NCBI GenBank assembly: GCA_951406725.2
Contig: OX597819.1
Location: 99,758,001 to 99,822,000 of the forward strand
Reading direction: 5' to 3'
DNA from: Octopus vulgaris
Lineage: Eukaryota
DNA: 64,000 nucleotides
The stretch's first letter is position 1, and every line of letters begins with the position of its first letter. The position numbers were made by a program, and so were the translations under genes. Below the pieces are notes generated by a model, which saw only the letters and a list, made by a program, of their open reading frames with translations, searched no databases and was not told where the DNA came from. This document shows positions 26,356 to 40,145 of the stretch, piece by piece.

Positions 26356-28250
26356 GGTTTTTTGTTTTTCATACAAAGGAAGTTTTAAGATGTTTTTTTT
26401 GTTTGTTTGTGCGAGTATGTGAGAAGGGAACACTAAATCATACTGATCTCCGTACTAGACTGGTTATTTATTTTATCGTGCTCGGAAGGATATACATTAG
26501 TATCGATATATCTATACGGAAGAGTTCTTTTTAAACAAATTAAATTAAGATTCTGTTACGATATCATATTAATATACAAAACAGAACATAATAAACACGA
26601 GATACGTGGAAGATTATCTTATAATATTGTATTGATATTAATACGATAGCATAAGCATATAATACTGATAATATCATAATTATATTACGTTATTAAAACA
26701 CCGCCATAGTCACGGTATTTGAGTCTAATGATATCAGAATGATATCGAGATGTATCATTAGTTATTTTTTAAAAAAAATCTGCTGCGCTAATCGACATGT
26801 CAATAAAAAGGAAATCGCAAAGAAAAAAAAGCAATGTTATTTATTGGATCTGGGATATAGCTAAATAAATAGTAATCTTCAACACATATATTTCACCTCA
26901 CATTTCTCTCAGCACACATTTCCTCTTACATATACTTTACACATACTCCTTCGCACAATTTTACTCTTATAATGCACACTAACACATTATTACAAATATA
27001 CAATGCGTTTCACTCTCTCTTATAGCCCCCCCCCCTCCACTCTTTCTCGCTCCTTGTCGTTATTTATCTTACTCATGTTACTTCTAACATATATACAAAC
27101 ACATGCATATACGCAAAAACACATTCATGATTGTTCTCAAACACTCAAACACACATCTGCAAACACATGCACACACCCAAAGAAACACAATATATGACTA
27201 CGTGTATGTCTTTATACACACACACACACACATACACACGTATATAATCTTATGTGTTTATGTGTCAATTGCTTACACACACACACACACACAGAAACAC
27301 ACACACACACAAACACATGCATATACATACATACATACACTTATGTGTGTTTGTGTGTCTGTGTATGTGTGTCCGAGTAAGTGCATGTATGTAACCTGTG
27401 TTATGTGTTGGTGAATGCATATGAGATTTTGTATGTGTGAATGTGAGTGTGTGTACGCATGTGTATATATGTGTGTATGCATGTTTTAATATGATTGACT
27501 GCACATGTGCTGTCCGTTTGAGACTGTGAATCTCCTTTCTCTCCTTCTCTCTCCCCACCTCTCTCTCATTCCTTTCTTTCTTTATTCGACATCTCCCTCA
27601 TTCTCTCTTTCATCATACAGTATTCACTGAGCAACTTGCGTATGATTCCAAAAAGTTCAGCAAGTCTTCATAAACGGAGGAAATGATGTATATGATGTGC
27701 ATTAAGCAAAAATTCTGATCATACGGGACATCCATTCTTAATGATTTTGTCCCGGTCATTAATGAAGCTTGCGAAAAATAATTGAAAAACGAAAACTGAC
27801 TGCATCCAATTCAGATGAGCAGCCAACAGAATCTACTAAATCCTGTCACGTGCTAACGATAATCTTTGAAACGCGTCAGTGAGATTTAAAGGATAAATTC
27901 GAGGCGCATTTATTACGACGGTTTATCACAACATGTAGATGATGACATTGTAAAGAAGATACGGTGAAAGAAGAAGAGAGATGGGAACGCATAGATATAA
28001 GTTGACAAGGATGATGATAGATGTGACTGCGTGTAAGAGACGGGGGTAGAGGAATACGGTTGTGTGGCTCTACGGAGATTATGGAGAATATGGAGAACAA
28101 ATGAAGGTATTTGGTAGTCAGACTTGTTTTGTGTGAGCTGACTTTGTTATGATTAACACGACACATATCATACCGTATAAACTACTGCTGCATCCAGAGC
28201 AAATATGAAGGATATTGTACATACATATCCACACCGACATGCACATTAAT

Positions 28251-28251
<1 letters not shown>

Positions 28252-28302
<51 letters not shown>

Positions 28303-28412
28303 ACATGCACATGCTACACACGTAAATACATATGTATGTATGTATGTATGCTTATATAAATATATATATGTATATATATGTATGTATATATATGTAAATG
28401 TATATATATATG

Positions 28413-28489
<77 letters not shown>

Positions 28490-28550
28490 ATATATATACA
28501 TATATATATGTATATATATACATATATGTATGTATATATATTCATGTATG

Positions 28551-28585
<35 letters not shown>

Positions 28586-29572
28586 ATATATACATATATG
28601 TATGTATGTATATATATACATATATGTATGTATGTATATATATACATGTATGTATGTGTATATATACATATATGTATGTATGTATGTATATATATACATA
28701 TATGTATGTATATATATACATATATGTATGTATGTATATATATATATACATATATATATGTATGTATGTATATATATATATACATATATGTATGTATGTA
28801 TATATATACATATATGTATGTATGTATATATATATACATATATGTATGTATATATACATATATGTATGTATGTATGTATATATATACATATACGTATGTA
28901 TGTATGTATGTATATATATACATGCATGTATGTATGTATGTATATATATATATACATATATATATGTATGTATGTATATATATACATATATATATATGTA
29001 TGTATATATATACATATATATATGTATGTATGTATATATATATACATATATATATGTATGTATGTATATAGATATATATATATACATATATATGTGTATG
29101 TATGTATATATATACATATATATATATGTATGTATATGTATACATATATATATGTATATATATATATATATGTATGTATGTATATATATACATATATATA
29201 TGTATGTATGTATATATATACATATATATATATGTATGTATATATATACATATATATATGCATGTATGTATATATATACATATATATATGTATGTATATA
29301 TATATACATATATATATATGTATGTATATATATACATATACATATGTATGTATGTATATATATATACATATATATATATATATGTATGTATGTATATATA
29401 TATATACACATATATATATATATATATGTATGTGTATATATATATATACATATATATATGTGTATATATTTATACTTATATATATATGTATGTGTGTGTA
29501 TATATTTATACTTATATATATATGTATGTATGTAAATATATATATATATATATATACTTATATATATGTATG

Positions 29573-29620
<48 letters not shown>
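28252..29620. repeat. ~1.37-kb compound (TA)/(TATG)/(TACA) microsatellite-derived minisatellite
   Basis: Directly visible. It is the source of the 243-407 aa Y/I/M/V pseudo-ORFs. Confidence 0.95.
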
Positions 29621-29622
<2 letters not shown>

Positions 29623-29869
29623 TGAGAAAGTTGGTGTGTGAAAGCACGTTGTTGAATATATAGAAAATAGTAAAAAGTGAAAAAACTACAGAAGGCTTGT
29701 TTTAAAAGGTTAAAAAATATATATTCGAGTCATTATGTCAGAAGAATGTTATAAATTTTTTTTCATACTGTAGGAAAAAAATTTATAACATTTTTCTGAC
29801 ATAATGACTCAAATATATATTTCTTAACCTTTAAAACAAGCCTTCTGTAGTTTTTTCACTTTTACTATT

Positions 29870-29880
<11 letters not shown>
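29621..29880. mobile_element. short fold-back insertion in (TA)n
   Basis: 29656-29763 is an inverted match of 29775-29880. The left arm extends ~35 bp further, and (TA)n lies on both sides. Confidence 0.8.
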
Positions 29881-29915
<35 letters not shown>

Positions 29916-30218
29916 TTGTATGTATCTATGTATGGTGGAAGCACGTGGCTTAGTGGTAAGGATCCTTGCATTCATGATCGCAAAGTTACCGTTACCATTC
30001 CTTAACCTCGCAATGCGCTGTGTTCTTCTGCTAAGCATATCATTTCACGTTCTACTTGTCTACTCAGCTAAAGAACATGAGCAATCTTGCTTTCGACCCC
30101 GGTCTCCAGTTGATAGACGGGGTTTATATGTTACAGAATCCATGAAACTAGGCATATGAACCTGTAACTTCAGAACAACCTTTGATCTGTGTTTTCCCTA
30201 TGTATGTACAGAAAGATA

Positions 30219-30249
<31 letters not shown>

Positions 30250-30271
30250 TGTGTGTGTGTATATGTATATG

Positions 30272-30321
<50 letters not shown>

Positions 30322-30333
30322 TATTTATGTATA

Positions 30334-30430
<97 letters not shown>

Positions 30431-30469
30431 ATTTCTATCTATCTCTTACTATATATACTACGTCTGAAC

Positions 30470-30990
30470 AGCCTGCACGTAAGTGGAAATGGCTGAGTGC
30501 TCCAGACACGTGTACCCTTAACGTAGTTCGCAGGGAGATGCAGTGTGACACAGAGTGTGACCAGGCTGGCCCTCTGAAATACAGGTACAACAGAAACAGG
30601 ATGACCGTGTGAAAGAAATTGTGGTGAAAGAGTACAGCAGGATTCGCCACCAATCCCTGTCTGAGAACGTGGAGCTTTAAGGGTTTTCGCTCGGTCTGTG
30701 AATGGAAACCGCGATCCTACGACTGCGAGTCCGTTGCCCTAACCACTGGGCCTCCCGTTGCTCCAGTTCACTCAGCTGTAGAAATGAGTTGCGACGTCAC
30801 TAGTGCCAAGCTGTATCGACCTTTGTCTTTCCCTTGGATAACACTGGTGGCGTGGAGAGGGGAGGCTGGTATGTATGGGCGACTGCTGGTCTTCCATAAA
30901 CAACCTTGCCCGGACTTGTGTCTAGGAGGGTAACTTTCTAGGTGCAATCCCATGGTCATTCATGACCGAAGGGGGTCATTACCCTTTAAG
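30470..30990. mobile_element. SINE family C fragments (composite)
   Basis: The blocks ctcca.agacacgtgtacccttaacg and cgtggagc.ttag/aaggtgtttt are shared with 33770-33950 and 55860-56160. Confidence 0.6.
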
Positions 30991-31002
30991 GGGGTATTTA
31001 CC

Positions 31003-31046
<44 letters not shown>

Positions 31047-31334
31047 GAGAATGGAGGATATACGGCTTTAATAGCAGGTCACAACATTTGTTTCTGTACC
31101 GTACACCATTATATAAACTCAGAAAATTAAAGGTGGTGTACGGTGCAGAAATAAATATTCTGTCTAGTATTAAAGCTTAATATCCTCTATCTTCATGTTA
31201 TATCATCCTTGCATTAATCTTATGCAAAGAAGAGTTGCACACGTGTATCCATCGCTGGAATACTGGAATACACCCTTCTGTAGGATAACATAAGGTTTCT
31301 AACATACACGTTACGATGTTTTAACCAAATTAAC

Positions 31335-31393
<59 letters not shown>

Positions 31394-31553
31394 TATATAT
31401 ACGCCCCTAGAAAACTTCATACATTTCTTAGAAGTGTATTATATTTTGAGCTACATTAGTAGCAACATGGATCGTTTCCCTTTTCTTGCTTTGTTAGAGA
31501 ATTTAAGTAAAATTATATTAATGTGTCCAACTGATTAACAATCCTATTTCTTT

Positions 31554-31641
31554 ATGCAGCTGAGGATAGTCCTGCTTTTAAAGTGATGAAATGATTGCAT
31601 TGTTTAATTAAATATAGCCACTTGAAACAGTCGTACTGCAT
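31554..31641 (+). ncRNA. type I hammerhead ribozyme motif
   Basis: atgcag-CTGAGGA-tagt...actt-GAAA-cagtcg-T-A-ctgcat. Stem I is a perfect 6-bp pair and the cleavage triplet is GUA. Confidence 0.7.
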
Positions 31642-32666
31642 CACCTCTTGATATCCTGTTGTTTATGATTCTATTCACATTACTTTAAAATTTTCAAGAG
31701 CAACACCATTTAAATTCTCAACAATCAATAGATCAGCCTCAGGAGATCTTGGCCTCTTTATGTGTTATGTTTGTATCTGTAACTCTTTTGGGGATACATA
31801 ACAAGTAACTCGATCACCTAATCATATATGCTCTTTTGAAGAAATGCCTGCGTAAGACACCTCTTCAGGAACATTGAAGACACTCATCGGATTTACTGAA
31901 TCTATATAAATGCATGCGAAGATTGTCAGGGGATTTATTGGGTTTATGTAATCACAAGACAAATATCGTTGAGTGCCAACCACTTATCAACTTTTTGTTC
32001 ATTTTTACGTCGACTTCAGCAACCCACGCAAACAATGTTTGAAAAATACAAACACCCGCACGCACTACGTACACGCAGACACACACACGCACACGCACAT
32101 GATCATATATGGGTATGTACGTATATTGTTTACAAAAATTTTGCATTGACATTTTCATGATCACTAAACAAACGGCATAGTTTCTAAGATATTTACTGAA
32201 AATCTTGAAACAATGTGAGAAGTGAAATGACGTCAAATGTAGCAATCAAAAAGATTCCCAAAGTCTGTGAAGAAGAACAATTATCTGTCATTGAGTTGGT
32301 ATTGTTTCATTTGAAACAGAACAGGAAATAGTGGTATTTAGATTCCTTTTGTTAACTAAAAATATTCCAACAATAAGAGACACAATTGTTTCAAGCGTGA
32401 AGACAATGAATATATTTATAGCCTTTATTTAACAGTATTCAAAATTATATTTCTTCAACAAGCACAAATACATACATACATACATAAATATATACATACA
32501 TACATATGTGCATATATATATATATATATATATATGTGTTGTGTGTGTGTGTGTGTGTGTGTGTATACGTGTGTATATGTATATATGTATATGTATATAC
32601 ATATATATATATGTATATATATATATGCATATCTATCTGTCTATCTATCTATCTATCTATCTATCT

Positions 32667-32713
<47 letters not shown>

Positions 32714-33769
32714 CCACATGCACGCATGTGCGTACATCTGTGTATGCATGTACCTGAGTGTAGTTTATTTGGTAAATTATGTACGATTATGCATATTCAC
32801 CTTCTCTATTGGTGAGGAGCTGTTGATACATATAACAAGTTAAATTAAATTACAAACAATGATGATTATTTCCTATGTATTCCTAATGTATTTTGTTATG
32901 ACTGTAATCCTTATCAACGGAACTTTTGAGGAAATGGTTTAAAATTCTAATAGGAAGGACTGTATATTATAAGCTACACATATAAGAAAAACTGAACTAT
33001 GCGCTTCGCAGATCTGAGTTAAAATTAAATCCAATTCATTGATATCCCTAATTTCAATAAAATAAATCCTAATTATGGACATTAGCTCTTTTAATTGCAC
33101 CTCCGCTATTCCCACCGATCCCATCCCCGCTTCCTCAGAAAAAAAAACGAAAAAAAAAAGCTTCATGCATAAGAAAAAGCACAACTAAAATTATTTCGGA
33201 TGGAATTTTGGAAACAGAATGACTATCTCATTGTAGAACAACTTAACAGAAATATTCTTACGAGGCCAGGGCTAATGTTGTTCGTTTCTTTTCTCTTTTG
33301 TCTTCAGTTGAGACAGTTGACATCTCACTTTCACATGACAAGATCAGATTTAATCTCTCGACACATAATTGCAAATGAAAGAAGTTGTGAAATGAAAAAG
33401 AAAATCTCATTTTATTTTTCCACACCTAAGTAAATTTAACAATCCAGCCTCTAGTGAAAGTAATTAAATATTTATCCCCTCATTGCTACTTACCAGATGG
33501 TTGTCACAACTTGAGCTGTGAGAGATTTTCTGCTAAGTTTCACGTTTACGGTGTATTTCTATTCAGAAATTGTATACGCCAAAAATACACAGAACTATGT
33601 GTATATGAATGTATACATGTATGCATTTTGCTTCTTGTTTAATTTCTTGAGTTTCTCACCAGTGGAGAAAGAGCTGGTTTCTTGCATACACACAAATAAC
33701 TTTAATTAGAATTAATACAGCGTAAAACATAGTAGAAAACTATCTATTTGCATACGCATGTATACATGG

Positions 33770-33950
33770 AATCGACGTGGCATTCCGTCGGTTACGACGA
33801 CGAGGGTTCCAGTTGATCCGATCAACATAACAAATTGCTCGTGAAATGAACGTGCAAGTGGCTGAGCACTCCACAGACACGTGTACCCTTAACGGGAGCC
33901 CCGTGGAGTCTTAGGTGTTTTCGCTCAATAAACACTCACAACGCCGGGTC
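33770..33950. mobile_element. SINE family C fragment
   Basis: Shares blocks with 30470-30700 and 56040-56090. Confidence 0.6.
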
Positions 33951-34596
33951 CGTCTTTAAAATGATGATATTTTGACAATATTAAATAATGTTTGTAATAT
34001 TAGATACTTTGAAAATACAACAGAAATGTGACTTACAAACATCTAATATATTTGGTAGTATATTATGGTTACAAACAGATATATTGTGTCCTTGCTAACA
34101 ATTAATATTAACGTACCAATTGATAGGAATGTGTTTAATATATACATTGGTCTAACCAATAGAGTTGCACCGCTAAACAACACGTGTATTTAAACCACGG
34201 GTTCGTGGGTAGTTAATGGGTTGTATATGATACTGATGAAAGAGCAATAACTCTTAACGTATATTTATACACAAATTACCTTCTTTTTAATTGTCGATCG
34301 CTTTGTTTATACAAATTTTCAATGCTGGCTTTGAATTCTATAGAGAGTCCTTAGAGATAAACATTATATTTATTTATGCATATTGATCGATAGATACAAA
34401 TACCAACAGACACGCATGTATCAGGTATAATAGTTGCAGTGTAATTCAAAATGCAAGAAACCTCTATAATGTAGATTAATCTACAGTTATATATTTGAAA
34501 ATTTTCTACAGCTTAAATCATGTTAAGCACACATCTCAATTTCTAAAGTAAACGACAGTATTTAGGAATTTTCTTTCAGCCCTGTTTCAACATGCC

Positions 34597-34827
34597 TGAG
34601 CTGGCAGAAACGTTAGCACGTCGGGCGAAATGCTTAGCGGTATTTCGTCTGCCGTTACGTTGTGAGTTCAAATTCCGCCGAGGTCGACTTCACCTTTCAT
34701 CCTTTCGAGGTCGATAAATTAAGTACCAGTTACGCACTGGGGTCGATGTAATCGACTTAATACCTATGTCTGTCCTTGTTTGTCCCCTCTGTGTTTAGCC
34801 CCTTGTGGGTAATAAAGAAATAGGTAT
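34597..34827 (+). mobile_element. tRNA-derived SINE family B
   Basis: A-box-like tggcagaaacg, B-box GAGTTCAAATTCC, and an aataaagaaatagg tail. Confidence 0.8.
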
Positions 34828-34961
34828 TGTTAAATAACCTGGAAACATCTAAACATTGGTCATGTATGTAACAGCAGTTTAATAGAAGTTAATATTTTTC
34901 AATCGTTCTGTTTGGATATAATATAGTAAGCAGTTACTTAAAAACAAAATAACCTGTATGC

Positions 34962-34992
<31 letters not shown>

Positions 34993-35067
34993 CATACATA
35001 CATACATACATGTATATTGTATATATATATATATATATGTACACACACACATCTATATATATATAGA

Positions 35068-35113
35068 TGTGTTGCGTTGTTGTTTTTTCTTGCTTGTTCA
35101 TGTCTGGATTGAC

Positions 35114-35188
<75 letters not shown>

Positions 35189-35385
35189 AATCCAGACATG
35201 AACAAGCAAGAAAAAACAACAAAGCAAGAACGTTGAATAAGTAGTGTTATTGGACGCTCAGGAAAGGAAAGAAAAGAAAGAGGTTTTACGTTTCGAGCGG
35301 AGCTCTTCATAAGAAATAAAGAAAAGGTCCAAAGAAGGGAAAACGGAGAAAGAAAATCGCCAGCGATATACACGCGGTTACACAC
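35068..35385. mobile_element. short HHR-bearing element (35186-35385, minus) with an inverted copy of its 3' end (35068-35113) across (TA)n
   Basis: Minus strand reads ttt-CTTATGA-a-gagc-tcc-gctc-GAAA-cg-t-a-aaa (~35285-35316). Same family as 42782-42985. Confidence 0.7.
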
Positions 35386-35419
35386 ACACAGACACACACA
35401 CACATATATATATATGTGT

Positions 35420-36860
35420 GTGTGTATGCACCCAAAAGTATTAGGCCACCCCAATGTTTTGGGGTTCTGCTATTTCAATGTTAATGAAACTCGTGCTAAT
35501 GGTAGATTATAGTATATTTCACAATATACATTAGTTTTAATATCTGGCTGACCCTCCTTTAGCATCAATTATCGCTTTTATACGGCTAGACATTGAATCA
35601 GCTAGTTTCTTGCAGGTGCTTGGTGTAATTTGACTCCATTTTTCTCTTAACGTTTGGTACAAATGCTTTTTATTTTGAATTGCTGTGTTCCTGATAGATT
35701 CACCAAGAGTTCTCCATAGGTGTTCGATCGGATTTAGATCAGGATTTTGAGCTGGACAGTCTGTAGGAACAATACCCTGTGCCTCAACCATTGAGGAGTA
35801 ATCTTTGCTGTATGACACGGAGCGTTGCCCTATTGAAAGATAATACTGTTTCTCGACACTCCTGGATGCAATTTAGCAATTGGTGGCTTTAAAACATCTG
35901 ATAACAGAAGCATAGGTAGCTATATTTATCCTTCCCTGACATAAAAACATTTCTCCGGGTCCTGTGGCAGACATGCAGGCCCACACCATGTTAGAATTAC
36001 TCCCATCTTTTATGGTTGGTACGAGACATTCGGCCTTAAATGCTTCCTCAAGTCTGCGACGCATGAAAGTTACACCAGATGTACCGAAAACCTGACTAAA
36101 AACATCAAAAATATTAGCTTTATGTTGGATTCTTTTCTATATATTTTGGGTAACAAACCAGTTACATTAAGTTTATATGTTGATTGAATGCATGCACGAT
36201 CTTACATAATAGTTACTTTCCTCAGACCATATGACTTTTGACCATTGCTCACTGAGTGGTTTTTGGCCTACAGAAAACGTTTTACCTTATTCGCTTCGGA
36301 AACCCATGGCCTCTTCCTGGCGTTACAGCCTTTCAGCCTGTATTCTACAAGCCTTCTTCTAAACGTTCTGGTTGATATTTGTGAAGTATTTGCCTTGTTG
36401 AAGTCCGCACAGAATTCAGATGATGTTTTTCTTCTGTTTCTGAGCGACTGACGGATGATGCATCTATAACCACGAGTTGATGTAACCTTTCTGCCTGTTC
36501 TTTGTATTGTCTTCATATCATTTGCCTCTCTGAAATGCTTGAGAGTCGTTTGTACTGCATATCGAGAACATTTCATCTTCTGAGCTACGATTTGACCTCG
36601 TTCACATTCACTCAACTCCCTTGTTTTAGGCATGTTACTGTTTATTAACCGTATCTACAATGTATTTTAGCATACAACTCTGAAATAATCAAGGAAACAT
36701 GAGTTAATTTTGGACATTGGTCTAAATCATAATTGGTTGCATATGTAGAGTACAGTATAAAAGTGGGAATTGATGCTAGAACCAGATAACAAAACTAATG
36801 CATATTGTGAAATATACCATAATCTGCTATGTGGCCAAATACATTCGGCCAAGGCTGTAT
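35420..36860 (-). mobile_element. Tc1-family DNA transposon, degenerate, with an intron in the transposase
   Basis: Fragments MPKTRELSECERGQIV...RKRPW (36268-36633), WSEES, MVWACMS and PAQNPDLNPIEHLW...IIDAKGG..RY* (35537). Imperfect TIRs aaaagtattaggccac / gtggccaaatacatt. Several stops and frameshifts. Confidence 0.9.
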
Positions 36861-36874
36861 ATATACATATGTAT

Positions 36875-36906
<32 letters not shown>

Positions 36907-36980
36907 TATATTATATGTATATATATATGTATATGGTAGTTATATATATACATATATATATACACATGTATATATGTGTG

Positions 36981-37040
<60 letters not shown>

Positions 37041-37244
37041 CGCAGTATATCTCAAATTAAAAGCGAAAATATATGGTATATATATTTGCCACTTAATTGT
37101 GGCTAACCACTAAGGGTGAATGGTACAGTAGCTTGTAGCCCCAGAAGAACATCTTCTCCAGCTGACTATTGACACACTTTCTGTGCCCTATCACTATTTG
37201 CAAAGGGAAGCCATCCTTCCCATCGTCGACCTGACGTGATACGC

Positions 37245-37283
37245 ACGGACCCGTGTGTCTGAGTATTTACCCGTCGTCAGCGC
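37245..37283 (-). ncRNA. hammerhead ribozyme motif with one core mutation
   Basis: gcg-CTGACGA-c-gggta-aa-tactc-a-GACA-cacgg-GTC-cgt. GAAA is mutated to GACA and the triplet is GUC. Confidence 0.6.
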
Positions 37284-37643
37284 AGGACAATCACCGGTCT
37301 TTAGAGATTTATTATTATATGGCATATAATTGTACGTAATTACATATATGTGTGTGTGTTAATGATCTAGATACATACTAGATATAGATACACACACATC
37401 CGCACGTGTATATATATATATGTATGTGTCTGTGTGTTTGTGTTTGTGTGTGTGTGAACGCACTTAGGTATGACTGCTTGTGCACACATATGCACATACG
37501 TACAAATGACAAAATATATATTCAAACAAAATATATATTCCCACAGTTGTTGGCTTGTGTTTGTATGGATATATATATATAATTATATATATGTATGTAT
37601 TACGTACGTACGTATGTATGCATTATTTTCTTTTATTCTTTTA

Positions 37644-37684
<41 letters not shown>

Positions 37685-37870
37685 TATAAAAGGGCTTAGT
37701 AAAATAAATTACTTTGCCGCATACTGAACTCATTAGAAATAGCAGCTAAAAAAACTTTTTTAAAACTATTTCCAATACTTAAAGAAAATCTCTCTCATAT
37801 AGTGTTTGCTCAATTCAACTCACGAAAGTATGAGGGTAGAAACATTAAAAAATCAAATGCAAAGGTTATT

Positions 37871-37923
37871 TGAGAACGTACGTTTCAAGATTAGTCAAAA
37901 TCGACACTTCTATCATCAGCTCA
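37871..37923 (-). ncRNA. minimal type I hammerhead ribozyme, array copy 1
   Basis: tgag-CTGATGA-t-aga-agt-gtc-gatttt-gac-taa-tct-t-GAAA-cgtacg-T-T-ctca. Confidence 0.85.
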
Positions 37924-38429
37924 GAACTCCCTGGTTTGGATTTGAAAACACTGAAAGTAGGAGCATACCTTTTCGGCTTCCCATCGCCTCTGAAGATCTA
38001 CTCGAAACTAACAGTGCCAGCAAATTCAAATGTGCAAGCGAAGAATTTCTGCTCTCCCCCTTCCACCAGCGTGGGTTAAAATCAGCAAACAACATGCTTT
38101 TTTTCGGTAAAATCCGAGGCATTAAATAGAGAGAGATGAATTATAATTTCAACAATTGAGGGTAAAATTAATTAATTAATCAATTTCACCAAGTATTCAG
38201 TATGCAAAGGGACCATTTAAGGCGAATTCAAATTATTACATTATATAAAAGGGCTTAGTAAAATAAATTACTTTGCCGCATACTGAACTCATTAGAAATA
38301 GCAGCTAAAAAAACTTTTTTAAAACTATTTCCAATACTTAAAGAAAATCTCTCTCATATAGTGATTGCTCAATTCAACTCACGAAAGTATGAGGGTAGAA
38401 ACATTAAAAAATCAAATGCAAAGGTTATT

Positions 38430-38482
38430 TGAGAACGTACGTTTCAAGATTAGTCAAAATCGACACTTCTATCATCAGCTCA
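38430..38482 (-). ncRNA. hammerhead ribozyme, array copy 2
   Basis: Same motif as copy 1. Confidence 0.85.
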
Positions 38483-38986
38483 GAACTCCCTGGTTTGGAT
38501 TTGAAAACACTGAAAGTAGGAGCATACCTTTTCGGCTTCCCATCGCCTCTGAAGATCTACTCGAAACTAACAGTGCCAGCAAATTCAAATGTGCAAGCGA
38601 AGAATTTCTGCTCTCCCCTTCCACCAGCGTGGGTTAAAATCAGCAAACAACATGCTTTTTTTCGGTAAAATCCGAGGCATTAAATAGAGAGAGATGAATT
38701 ATAATTTCAACAATTGAGGGTAAAATTAATTAATTAATCAATTTCACCAAGTATTCAGTATGCAAAGGGACCATTTAAGGCGAATTCAAATTATTACATT
38801 ATATAAAAGGGCTTAGTAAAATAAATTACTTTGCCGCATACTGAACTCATTAGAAATAGCAGCTAAAAAAACTTTTTAAAACTATTTCCAATACTTAAAG
38901 AAAATCTCTCTCATATAGTGTTTGCTCAATTCAACTCACGAAAGTATGAGGGTAGAAACATTAAAAAATCAAATGCAAAGGTTATT

Positions 38987-39039
38987 TGAGAACGTACGTT
39001 TCAAGATTAGTCAAAATCGACACTTCTATCATCAGCTCA
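38987..39039 (-). ncRNA. hammerhead ribozyme, array copy 3
   Basis: Same motif as copy 1. Confidence 0.85.
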
Positions 39040-39543
39040 GAACTCCCTGGTTTGGATTTGAAAACACTGAAAGTAGGAGCATACCTTTTCGGCTTCCCAT
39101 CGCCTCTGACGATCTACTCGAAACTAACAGTGCCAGCAAATTCAAATGTGCAAGCGAAGAATTTCTGCTCTCCCCTTCCACCAGCGTGGGTTAAAATCAG
39201 CAAACAACATGCTTTTTTTCGGTAAAATCCGAGGCATTAAATAGAGAGAGATGAATTATAATTTCAACAATTGAGGGTAAAATTAATTAATTAATCAATT
39301 TCACCAAGTATTCAGTATGCAAAGGGACCATTTAAGGCGAATTCAAATTATTACATTATATAAAAGGGCTTAGTAAAATAAATTACTTTGCCGCATACTG
39401 AACTCATTAGAAATAGCAGCTAAAAAAACTTTTTAAAACTATTTCCAATACTTAAAGAAAATCTCTCTCATATAGTGTTTGCTCAATTCAACTCACGAAA
39501 GTATGAGGGTAGAAACATTAAAAAATCAAATGCAAAGGTTATT

Positions 39544-39596
39544 TGAGAACGTACGTTTCAAGATTAGTCAAAATCGACACTTCTATCATCAGCTCA
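39544..39596 (-). ncRNA. hammerhead ribozyme, array copy 4
   Basis: Same motif as copy 1. Confidence 0.85.
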
Positions 39597-40092
39597 GAAC
39601 TCCCTGGTTTGGATTTGAAAACACTGAAAGTAGGAGCATACCTTTTCGGCTTCCCATCGCCTCTGAAGATCTACTCGAAACTAACAGTGCCAGCAAATTC
39701 AAATATGCAAGCGAAGAATTTCTGCTCTCCCCTTCCACCAGCGTGGGTTAAAATCAGCAAACAACATGCTTTTTTTCGGTAAAATCCGAGGCATTAAATA
39801 GAGAGAGATGAATTATAATTTCAACAATTGAGGGTAAAATTAATTAATTAATCAATTTCACCAAGTATTCAGTATGCAAAGGGACCATTTAAGGCGAATT
39901 CAAATTATTACAAAAAAGCATATTGTTTTGCTGATTTTAACCCACGCTGGTGGAAGGGGGAGAGCAGAAATTCTTCGCTTGCATATTTGAATTTGCTGGC
40001 ACTGTTAGTTTCGAGTAGATCTTCAGAGGCGATGGGAAGCCGAAAAGGTATGCTCCTACTTTCAGTGTTTTCAAATCCAAACCAGGGAGTTC

Positions 40093-40145
40093 TGAGCTGA
40101 TGATAGAAGTGTCGATTTTGACTAATCTTGAAACGTACGTTCTCA
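40093..40145 (+). ncRNA. hammerhead ribozyme, array copy 5
   Basis: tgagCTGATGAtagaagtgtcgattttgactaatcttGAAAcgtacgTTctca, read directly on the plus strand. Confidence 0.85.

Noticed and set aside
28246-29621. Long ORFs of 243-407 aa, and similar ones at 2.3-2.7, 19.8-20.3, 21.5-22.0, 46.5-47.0 and 52.6-53.0 kb
   Set aside because: They are translations of (TA)/(TG)/(TATG)/(ATCT) microsatellites that lack stop codons.
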